A stretch of 64,000 nucleotides of DNA from Phallusia mammillata (taxonomy: Eukaryota), in NCBI GenBank assembly GCA_965637545.1, contig OZ281494.1:2046001-2110000 (forward strand), in the 5' to 3' direction. Shown piece after piece: positions 1-10,642 of the stretch. The translations under genes and the position numbers were made by a program. The stretch's first letter is position 1. The number at the start of each line of letters is the position of its first letter. The notes beneath the pieces were generated by a model. The model was not told where the DNA came from. It worked only from the letters and a program-made list of their open reading frames with translations, and made no database searches.

Positions 1-1242
1 TGTCGCGATGCCAGTGCAACACGACGAGCTGCAACGGAGATCGCAGCAACTGCCCTGAGGACCGATGGCGCTCAGCACGGGCAGGAAGAAGTAATTGCTG
101 TACAACCAGCTCGCAGCCATAACCAGCATAATGAACACGCCGAAATGGTTGTACGCGAGCACATTGGACGGAAGCAAACCCGCTCCTGCTATAAACGTCG
201 TCAGCGCAGCCATGCTTATTGCTGCCCCCATGCGGCTTGCTGCAAACTCAACTCGCTGCTGTCGATCACCGCTAGATGGCGCCACGATATAAGCGATCGC
301 GTAGTGAGCGGTAAAGTCGACAGCAAGACCGACTGCAATCGAAATCGTCACCGATTCTAGAACGTTCAATTCCCAACCGAGCAGAACCAATGACGCAGCT
401 GTGACGAAAATGACGCACGCAACAGAGAGGTTCGCGAACAGCGCAATGGCAATGTTGCGTGACGTCACCAGTATGACGAACTGCGCTACGAGAAGGGAAA
501 GTCCCACTGACGTAAGCGTGCCATCGTAGAGACCTTTCTGTAGAGAGTAGAATTGGAAATCTCCGATGAACCATCCACTGGCGAGACCGAACGGCGCAGA
601 CCTGAGCAGAGGTGAGAGGAATTGCTCCAAGTGAGTGTAGAAAACGTCCATTTCTTTGAATGAGGCGCTCAAGGGTTGATTTGTCGGCATTTCCACGATC
701 AGACCGATCAGTTTGTCGTTGCGGTCAAACCTAAAAAAAAAACGGATGAATATGTGAAGCTATAGATCAATACTTTTGTACAAAACCGAACTTTCATAAC
801 TGTTACTATTATAACAAGGCCCGGTCAACACGATAATTTACATGACCAAATAAATACTAACCTTGGACCAGCTGTGTATTTGTTCAACATCATGCCAGGT
901 TGCAACGTAATCTCATTCATTGCCTCCTTTAGACACTCTTCGAACACGTAAGGGCGGTATGGGAACTTGCTAGTCTCGCAGCAGACTGGCCTATCGCTCG
1001 AACAAGGAGCCTCCATGCAATGTTTGAATGTTTCAATGAATCAGTGAGTGTAGCTCTCTAGCTCCGGAACTGGTCGATAGTACGACGAATTACGAATACG
1101 TTCGCAAAATTTCAAAAGCCAACGTTGACTCCTGGTCGAAGAAATGTTAAACCGGGGCCGTAGAGGCACCGAACCCAGATTATCCGGGTCGTTGTGGTTG
1201 CCGTTGTCGGTTGCTCGAACCCCGAAATCAATAAGCACTGGC
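1..1242 (-). pseudogene. Partial duplicate of the 3' end of Dispatched (end of penultimate exon, intron 731-861, last exon running off the window edge)
   Basis: Position 1 aligns to 10787 and similarity continues to about 1242 (about 12028 in the intact gene). The intron keeps GT-AG. Codon TGC in the intact gene is TGA at 1041-1043, a premature stop. No upstream Dispatched exons lie next to it. Confidence 0.9.
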
Positions 1243-1756
1243 AAAAAAGGTAAGTTTGCAAATTGAAACGCATACTATTGTTAATGTAGTACGTTGAACA
1301 TAAATAGTGTCCTTGGTTAAGTAAAGCATCATTTGGTTGGAATAGAATGTTTTTTTAAAATCGCAACAATAAAAACTGGTTTACTGGGTGTTGCAACACG
1401 AGAGTTAATTATTAACAAGGTTGTTAAACATGTATTGACAACAAAATCATTACTCCTCGGTACTTTTCCAAGGTGAGCAAACATTCGACAGCTTTGCACT
1501 TGGGTACGATACTGTACTTTTCCATCATAAAAACATTTCACGAAAAAGTCTAAAACCGCAAAATGAGTTAATGAACGCGCAATAAATTGGATGCAAACGG
1601 TTTGTAAGGAATGGATTGCGACAAACCCACTAGAAAACCTTCTCAATGACTTTGCAAATATCCGAATAAACTGTAAACAAACATAAATTAAACAAACTAC
1701 TTATTCTCTGTTTGTTGTTGATAGGATGAAAAATGTAAACCAAAAGTAGTTTCGCA

Positions 1757-2094
1757 CAGAATTGCAAGCGGGCGCGAAATCTGAGCCCGAAACCCGGCCC
1801 GAACCTGAAGCGTTTTTGCAAAGCCAGTTTAGGATCCACGAAACCCTTGCAACAAAGGATGAGAGAGAAAAAAAGAGAAAGACAACAAACACAATGAACA
1901 ATAGTAGACAATGGGTTAAACTATATGTTTTAGTGTTTCAAAGCCAGAGACTTGTTACTTAGCTGAGTGATTTTGTTTAAAAAAATGGCGGACACGGAAC
2001 GTAAAGTCAGGCCCGTTTTGTCACAAATACCTAAGCCCGAACCCGGCCCAAACCCGAAACAGGCCCGAAAAGCCCGGCCCGACTTGCAATTCTG
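1757..2094. mobile_element. hAT-type MITE, 338 bp
   Basis: Left end CAGAATTGCAAGCGGG; reverse complement of right end CAGAATTGCAAGTCGGG. Subterminal CCCGAA/CCCGG repeats. Flanks GTTTCGCA / ATTTTGCA (6/8) fit a decayed 8-bp TSD. Confidence 0.75.
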
Positions 2095-2718
2095 ATTTTG
2101 CATAACTTTTCAACGGTTGCTAATATACGTAGAGCGTAGACAACTATATATTTTTGTCTTGTATTTTTATTTTATTTTAGGATCCAGACACTTCAAACTC
2201 ATAAACAACAGCAGAGCTTACAGCGGAATAGGGAAAACATCCATTAAATCTGGGTAATAAGTAACATAAGGGAACCACACTAGGGTTTCTGTCACGAGTT
2301 CCAATGCCCTAATAACAATATAATGGCTGAACGCGTTTCTTGGTACCAGTTATTCCTAATAGCCTTACGCAGAGATGTCATCTAATTCGGGGAATTTAGT
2401 GTTAAAGATCAGTTGTTTTGAAGTATCCTGCATACAGAGGAGAAAAACATCTCAAAAATTGCAACAGAGTATTTAGGCCGAGGAAGTTTAGTTATGTTTA
2501 AGGTATGTAGTTTCACCGAGCAACGTGCTTAAAGTAACCATTACTTCTATTATAATGATCTAAAATTGTAGAAAAAGTCACATAAACCACATTAAACCAT
2601 CAATATTTTTTTGTGCAGAAAGATCACATATGTTGGGTCGTACTGGTGGAAATAAACAACCCTATTTAAAGAAAAGCCGTACAATCTTGAACAATAAACA
2701 GCTCACTAAAGTTTGATA

Positions 2719-5240
2719 ATGAGCGTCACTGTTGAAACTTCAACGTTTCATCGTTATGAACTGGAATGTATGCCTGGAACTTCGATTAAATGTCACGACA
2801 ATGTGCTACTGCATAAAGCAAACCACCCACAATTGGGAAATGTTATGATCAAACGAGTTCGTTTAAGAGCTGCACCCGAGTGGAAAATAAACAAATGCAA
2901 TAACGAGTGAGTATAAATTTTAGAAGTTCAATCAAACGTCACAAAATGTCAGACTTAGAGGCGTTACACCGATCACGGATCCCCTCATGATCTGAACTAT
3001 TCTCGGCTGTGATGCTATTCGAACCCCCGACACGTAGTTGCCTGGGTCCTATGCTAGACAGGGCGGTTACATCAGCCATAGGTGCCGACTAGGCGGTGGC
3101 GGGGTAACGCCGCCGTGTATATTTTTAGTTTGTTTGTAGCGGTTTTGTATGAAATATCCAAAATCTGAGGAACGATTTTGCTTTTAAACAAGCGTTTTGG
3201 CGTTAAAGAAACAAAACGTGCCTTGAAACTCCTACCAGTTTTGGGTAGTGCCTTGTTTTTGACGCCAAACAATCATTTGTTTGTCTGTAAATGTTTGGCT
3301 ATTATTGTGTACAATGTGATTGTTCACAAACGGCTATCTCAGGTCATTCACGGCCACAACATCGTGACGAAACATTTTTTTAAACATTGCTAAACGAACA
3401 ATAAACGGTGCAGCAAAGTGTTCCAAATAAGTAGTATTTCCAAAAAAATGTGATTTTGACGAACGTTGCATTCTATTGGAAGTTTGTTGGACTTTGAGCT
3501 TGTCCATATTAGTGACGTCACAACAAGTGATGTCATAGTTTACGTCCGCCACCTTGTATTTTTGTGAAACTCGGCGCCTTTGAGTAGTATTTTAATTTTT
3601 TTTGTGTGATTTTGACAAACATTGCATTGTTTTGTAAGTTTGTTGGGCTTTGAAATTGTCCGTATTAGTGACGCCACATCAATTGATGTCACAGTTTATG
3701 TCCACCACCTTGCATTTTGTGTAACTCAGCGCCTTTGTCATTAGGTATTGCACGTCTTTGTCTGTCTTGAACACTAGTCTGCATTAAAACTTTAGGGTTG
3801 AACCTGGGAGTAATGCTTGATCATAGTTCAATTGCATGTTTGTTGTTGTTTATTTATTCGGTTTGGTCATTATAATGAGATAATCATCAATGTATAGAGT
3901 AATCTTTGCTTCAGAAAAAAAAAAACATTCACTACGTTGACATGTTTGCAGTTTAAAGAGAGAAATGAAGATATTGGAATATTGTGATCACCCAAACATT
4001 CAAAAATGCCATGGAGAAATTCGATGGTCTTCTCAATCAGTGGGAATCATGTTGGAACAAACTAAAGGAAATCTTCAGGTTCTTCTGCTGGGAAAACAAG
4101 ATGTTTGTTGGGATGAAAGATTACAGATTGCCAAAGGGATTGCTGACGCATTGAGTCACTTACATTCTAAATCCATAGTTCGCAATGCTATTCGGACTGA
4201 AAACGTAGCGTTAAGCGAAACAAAGGAGGTAACGGTTTAAATTTAATGTTATACCTTCTTGTCGTCATTCATAGCACTTAGTATATTTAAATGTAATAAA
4301 TATTAGTTGAAACTTTCCAACTAAATTTACCAGATTTTACCTAGATAACTTCATTTTAAGTTACGAAGTCTACCATTATTTCAAACATTCCATTTTAACT
4401 TTATCAGGTGAAGCTCACCGATTTTCGTTTCGCACGAGTGATCAACAATCGTTCCCCATCAATGGAGTCACTGAACAGAAAACAAAAAGACCTAAAACCT
4501 GATTTCTATTCTGAACCCGAACTTCAACATAGTCAATACCTCACTACTAAAGTAAATATTGGACCTTGGATGGATGTGTACAGGTAAATACGTGATTGAG
4601 TGGTTTTATTTGTCTTTACCTTTAAAACAATACTTTGAATTGTTGCAGTTATGCCATGGTGCTGTACGAATTGATCACCAGGAAACAAATCTACGAAGGT
4701 GAAAAAACTCCCTGCATTTTCGACATTGTGGGTAATTCTAAACGACCGAGTCTTGATCCAGTCAACAAAATATTGGAATCATTAAAATCACAAGACTATG
4801 AGGTTTGCAAATTTTTGAAGATAATTATGGAGCGTTGCTGGCAACCAGAGCCAGAAAAAAGACCAACAATGAGTGAAGGTGACTATTTCTTGCAGCCTTT
4901 TCGGAAAACGTTATTACTTCATTAAGTTTGTGAGTTCCCCGTTGTAAATTCCATCGTGTTTTCAGTAATGTCAATACATTTAAAAGAGTCTCGAGAAAGT
5001 TGACCAAACATCGTTTTTTTAGTTTTGCGAGAGTTGGCCTTGTTTGCTACGAAACAAATAAAAGAAACCCGAAAAAGAATAGCCGAGGTGACACGTGGCA
5101 CTAGAGATTTTCGTGCACTTCTCGGTTCGGTCAACGAGACTTGTGACGCAACAAAAGAGTTGCGCGTTTCGCACACAATCCAAGTCAAAAGATTTTTGCC
5201 TCAAATCGAACTGTTTTTTGCCTCAAATCGAACTATTTAG
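2719..5240 (+). CDS. TKL/RIPK-like pseudokinase, about 362 aa
   Basis: Exons 2719-2906, 3952-4228, 4408-4583, 4649-4878, 5023-5240, all GT-AG and in frame (1089 nt). Kinase-fold motifs: VMIK, alphaC KRE, HPNI, IAKGIADALSHLH, DVYSYAMVLYELIT, CWQPEPEKRPTMSEV. HRD is replaced by RNA, DFG by DFR, and there is no Gly-rich loop. An in-frame TAA at 2707 closes the 5' end. The last exon may be extended by alternative splicing (see findings). Confidence 0.85.
3430..3737. repeat. Two diverged tandem copies of a ~155-bp unit in pseudokinase intron 1
   Basis: Units share AGTAGTATTT..TGTGATTTTGAC..AGTTTGTTGG..ATTAGTGACG..CCACCTTG..AACTC(G/A)GCGCCTTTG; TGTGATTTTGAC starts at 3449 and 3605. The unit end resembles the reverse complement of CATAGGTGCCGAC at 3077, so it may be the duplicated end of an old MITE. 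Confidence 0.75.
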
Positions 5241-5817
5241 TTAACAAAGTGTTTGAAACATTAAAACAGGGTTTTAGAATATGTTTAGTTCCTGCGAAAC
5301 ATTATGAGGTACCTGAAGGTGCATAGGCCCGAAAGGTAATAAGGCCCACTAACCATATTTTATTATTTTGTAGAAACGTTTACATTTTGATCTAATTTTT
5401 GAATTTATATGAACTTACGAGGTTTTGCAAAGTTCTGTATATTAGTTGTTGCGACCAATCCAAATTTGAAAGTGTTTGTTTACAACTTCTAATAATTTTT
5501 AAAATGTTTGGTTGTCGATATAAAATATGAGATATATCGGTATGGGGGGCATTTTAGTTTGATTGAAGCATTATTCAATCTGGAAAAAGGAATTACTTGA
5601 AATAAATTTTATTACGGTTTTGTTTGTCAGCCATTGGTGGTAATAAGGCTTTTGGGCATTTTTCATAGTGTTTATTAGTATAAGCTACTGGTATGCACAA
5701 AAATAGCTTTTTTGCTTTCTTAGAGAGACGTAAGTGCTAATAGTAAGTTTTTGGAATGTGATTTTTCATTTAGTTTCATTGGTGTTCGACTGACAAGCGG
5801 TCATTTATAGTTATGTG

Positions 5818-7811
5818 CAGGGGCGGCTCGTGCTAGGGTGCTGCGGAGCTGCAGCACCCCCTAGATATTTTTACTTAATACACCTACCATAATATTACAA
5901 ATAACTTTCATTATTTTTATTTTTTTATTCCTTAGCAAAATATAATAAGCATAATTTCCGCCCTAATCATCTTTTTTCTTCATTAAAAAAATTTTTTTTT
6001 TGAAACACTAATGTATATCTATGCTGGAACTGCAGCTCCAGTTTTCTGACGTTTCCGTGTTTCAAGACGTTTTGCGGTTCTGCGCATGCGCACTTTGAAA
6101 AGCTGCATGCTGGGCGAAATAGGAGCCAGGGTGCTGCGGCTCACGCAGCTCCACCAATCACGTAGCGTGTGACCTGGGCACCCGGAAGTAGTTGTCTGTT
6201 CCGCGTTTATTGTGTGCCAAAGCAAATCACACGTACCATCAGGTTCGACAATGAGTACAGTAAGACAGTTATTCTTTTTTATTCATTTTTACAGTTTTTG
6301 ATTGAAAAGTTAATCTGTGCTTTTCGAGATTCTAATTCGGTGACTGTAAGTGAGCTTCAGCAACTTAAGATTTCGCATTTATCAAGTTATCAATAGTTGA
6401 GAAAGCAGAAAAACATGAGAAGTCAAAGAAGCATGTGGACAATGATGTTTCACTTTCACTTTTGGGAACTATAAATATTAAGGAAAAACTTAGTGAGGCG
6501 TATATAGACTTTCAATTATTGAACACAACAAAAAAGTGGAAAAAAATCGTGAAATTTTGTCCAAATTAATAGACTGCATTTTGTTCTGTGGAAACTTTGA
6601 AACTCCCGTACGTGGACATGATGAAAAAGATGAGTATTGATATAATGGACATGTACTGTTTGTCTAAACAGTAGCTGCTAAATTGCTTCACAGGAAGTGT
6701 TTCCTAAGAATGAACATTCTACAGACAAGATAATAGTGACCTTGACCACCAAGCACATGCTATTGTTGACAAAGAAATACTAGTTACTGAAATGAAAATG
6801 TTTCTGTAGATCTGATGTTCATGAATACTTTGAAAATAATCTAGATGATGTTTTGACAATTGAAATTACTAGGATGAAAACTCCTATTTGCTGTTTCCAT
6901 GAGTCCTTTGAAGGCAAAACAGTTTGGATGCAAACCTTTGTTAGGAACACCATTATTTCCAAAAGACTTGCACTTGCAGTGCTAGTACTACTAAATAGAA
7001 AAACAGTTTCAGTTGTCATTTGGAATCAAAGAAGAAGCAATCAATTATCATGCCCAAACTATAACTTTATGATTCATTTTTGGTTGTAAAAAGGAAGCAC
7101 AAGGTTTAATAATATGGTTTAAATTTAAGTGAGAGTGTTGTAAATTTTAAAGCTTGAAGGAGTTTTGCACTAAAAAGCAATTATAAGCTATTTGCCAGCA
7201 AATAAAGCAGCAATTATAGCAGTTAAAAATCTGAAAGACAAATAATAGTCTGTACACAAAAATTCAAAAAAAGATGTTAAAATAAACATGTTCTGGCACA
7301 AATGTAAAGTGGTTGTTAAATTTGTCAGTTATGATACCAATAAACAGCTGTATGGCTAAAACGCTGACTGTGACCTTAAGGTTACTTAAATGAAACATGA
7401 CCATTTTGTTAAACATGACCACCTTTTTCGAATCATTACTTTTTTTCTATATTCTTGTTGTGTTTTACCGTATTTACAACCGCTTAGTTTCGAGTCAGTG
7501 TCACGTGTGTTTTTGTTCTACATTATTACTGCATGTTATGGTGTTTAGGCTAAACAGTTTAGCCGTCGTTGTGCAAGTAAACAAAATACACAAATGATGC
7601 CGTCTGCTATTTACACTCGTGTATATTATTGCGTAACAGAAATTACGTCACAATGGAGTTCCTAATTAAGATTTGTATTGTTTTTCTACACAAAACAATG
7701 GCTAGAAAACTATAAATGTAGGTTTTCTATATATTGCCAAGTTATATATGTTCAATAATGGCTAAAATTTTGAGCAGCACCCCTACAAATTTTAGGCACG
7801 AGCCGCCACTG
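5818..7811 (+). mobile_element. Decayed hAT (Tip100/ZMYM1-like) DNA transposon, 1994 bp
   Basis: TIR CAG(G/T)GGCGGCTCGTGC at both ends. Perfect 8-bp TSD GTTATGTG (5810-5817, 7812-7819). Internal transposase remnant NREILSKLIDCILFCGNFETPVRGHDE at 6545-6625, followed by a stop. Confidence 0.9.
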
Positions 7812-8771
7812 GTTATGTGTCTTAAACTTAACAACGTTGCTTGTATTTCAACCAAATCAAAGTATAAGAAAGATTCACAATGGTTTCTAGGCTTTTTAAA
7901 AAGGCATAAGAACGTTGACCTTTTTTAAGGGACCTTGTTTCCTACCTTGATTTGACTGTTGGGAGAAACGAATATGCGTCCAACGACGTGAGAAAGTTAA
8001 CATACCGTTACTTTCTTCCTTAAGTTTGTATTTTTGTTGACATTATTCCAATTTGTATTATCTTAAAACACCAGCTGATCTCATGAGTCCGATTTCTCTG
8101 CTTTACAGTGTCGGGAGAGTTAAATTGGTTCGTGAATAAACAAGAAAGAGCAAATGAAACAACAGATAAAGCGGTGCACGTAACAAACGATGTAGATGTG
8201 GAAAATAGATCGGTTAATTCAGCTTGTGAAAATACATATGACGAAGGTGGTTAAATATACATTGGTTTTGATTTTTGCATATCTTTCAAGTTGGACTATA
8301 TTGTTTAAACGCAGTGTAACGTGTTTCAACGTATTAATTTGCGGTTTGCCGAAATACTTTTTGTCATTCTTTTTGTTCTATTTTCTTATAACATGGAAAA
8401 TTCTGCATTTAATTAACTATTTCACAACTTTTTAATGAGACAGAAAGCCAGCCCTTCATAGGCACCTTCAGTGTGTTTTAGTTGCAACACATGTTTGATT
8501 TTATTTTGGATGGTTACTACTTAATTTATTCTGTTTCTTACTAACGCTTGACGTTTTCGCTAAAACAAAGTCACGCAAACTAAAATTTACTTAAGATCCA
8601 AATGTGCATACGTAAGTATTTTATGTTAAAAATTGTTTTCGTGAACATTTCCATTAAGGATGTCTAATTGTATAGTTTGGTGACCATTACGAACTGGATT
8701 TCTGGATAGCATTATTTTGATTTTTATAGTTCAAAAATATTAAATAAAATTATATCAAACCTATTTGGCAG

Positions 8772-9049
8772 ATTCACAACCTAAGTATGAAAGTCGTCAA
8801 AGAAGTTGCTGGAAACAAATCAGACAATCGATTGTGCCAATGGTTTGGCTGTTTGCTCAATGTTTCATTTCGATCATTATTGTGTTCTGTTTTGGCTGTT
8901 GGTGTGTGTGGCTGTTTATCGGTGGGTTCTGGGTTTCTCGCGATGGTTCATTTCGCGAGGTTTACAACCTCGTTTACGCGATTAATTTATTGTGTGCATT
9001 TTTACTGATTTTCGCTGTTGTTGTTGTAAGAGAACATAAAAGAATGTAA
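8772..9049 (+). other. Candidate orphan terminal exon encoding two hydrophobic segments
   Basis: Acceptor CTATTTGGCAG at 8771, then an open frame DSQPK...IVPMVWLFAQCFISIIIVFCFGCWCVWLFIGGFW...VYAINLLCAFLLIFAVVVVREHKRM-stop. The parent gene is not established. Confidence 0.3.
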
Positions 9050-10642
9050 TTATTAATTGGTTCGTGGTGATTTAAATCCCATCTCTCCGACCACAAGCAT
9101 CGATCCGCAAATACATTCTGTAATCTCTAATAACGTAGCAATTAATAGCAATGAAATCTCTCTCTCTCTCAAATAAAAAAACGCGCACTGTCTGCAATAA
9201 TGTCTATATGCAAGCTAACTTTATCAATTTTTGTTCATATGTGTTTTTTTTGTGTTTTTATTTGTGGCTTAATTTCATGGTTAGCCCTTATTGTGTTATC
9301 TCCTATCATAATTGTGAGACAAACCTGACTTGCTGTTTGCTAATTAAAATTAATCGTTTCGAAATATGATATTGTGGAGTATCGTGTATTGCAGCAACAA
9401 ATTACCGCAAATATCATAAGAGTGACTTTGTCACGTGATTGCAAGTACGTTATATTTCGTCATTATTACATTTTCTGTCCTTGACTTCAATTGCGTTTGT
9501 CTCTATTTTACATTGTTTTATTTACATGCGACGTAATCATATCAGACGCTACTGTTCTCTCTCTTCCATACTCCTCATAAAATAACCTTTAGGCTAAAAC
9601 GCTGTGCTCTTTATCGGACAATGCTCACACATTCGAAAAAATGCTCTAACATTCTAAAACAGGCTTGTGTATTTAAAGTTCCGTGTATTTGGTCACTTTA
9701 AGCAAAAACTGGAGCGACATAAAACTTTAGTTTGAGCGAAACAGTGTGAAAAACGCGATAAAATATATTCAACACATGCAGTAAGCTTTTGTAATGTAAG
9801 CTTACTTAATTCAACACAAATATTTAGGTATTGCACTCAGATAAAATACAAAAAATGTCTCCACTCAAAAGCAATTGAGCAGAAAAGTGAACTTCACCCA
9901 CTTTGAAAACAGGGCGTAATGTATTTTCATAACGGCTGTAGAATTAAACGGTCAGGTTAAAACGACTAAACACCAATAAGTGATATTTACGACAGGCAAT
10001 GTTTGGATGTTACAAAAAAGCTGCTTCGAAACTTATTTAAATATTATGAGAAAGTTCTTTAACACTGGTAGCATCCAAACAATGCAAACCTAAGGGCAAG
10101 TCAAGACAATAAAAATATAAAAAGGAGTTGTGGTGTTTTTGATCGGAAACATACATAATGTTCCAATTCAAATGTTTGACCTCAAGGCAAAGTGTTAAGA
10201 AGTGATGTTGTTATGTGATAGCTAAATGAGAAATCGGTATCTTTCAGGGGCGGAATTATTAAAATGTAGAAAACAGTTTGTGGTCGTTTTTCACAATTTC
10301 TTGATTGGTTACAAGAAATATCTGAAGACAATTAAACACATATTGGCTGAGCGGAACGTGAGACGACACCTTTTCAACTTAATTAATCAACGAAAGTAGA
10401 AAAAGGGCTATTTTTCACTTTGTCCAAAGTGTGGCAAAACAGTGGCTTGTTTCAGATATTTGACTTGCATGGGTGGCTTCAAAGTATGTTTCAAAAAATA
10501 TCTGATGCCATTTCAAGTCAAATCACTTTAACTCCACCATTCCACTAGAGTTTGTTCTTTTGTGACGTCGACAAACACATTTCGTCTTCATGACGACCCG
10601 CTTTCAATATATCATATATCCAGATGTGACATCACCATCGCG

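Noticed and set aside
2719-5240. Calling the pseudokinase MLKL
   Set aside because: An in-frame stop lies just upstream of the start, there is no four-helix-bundle region, and DFR differs from the MLKL GFE motif.
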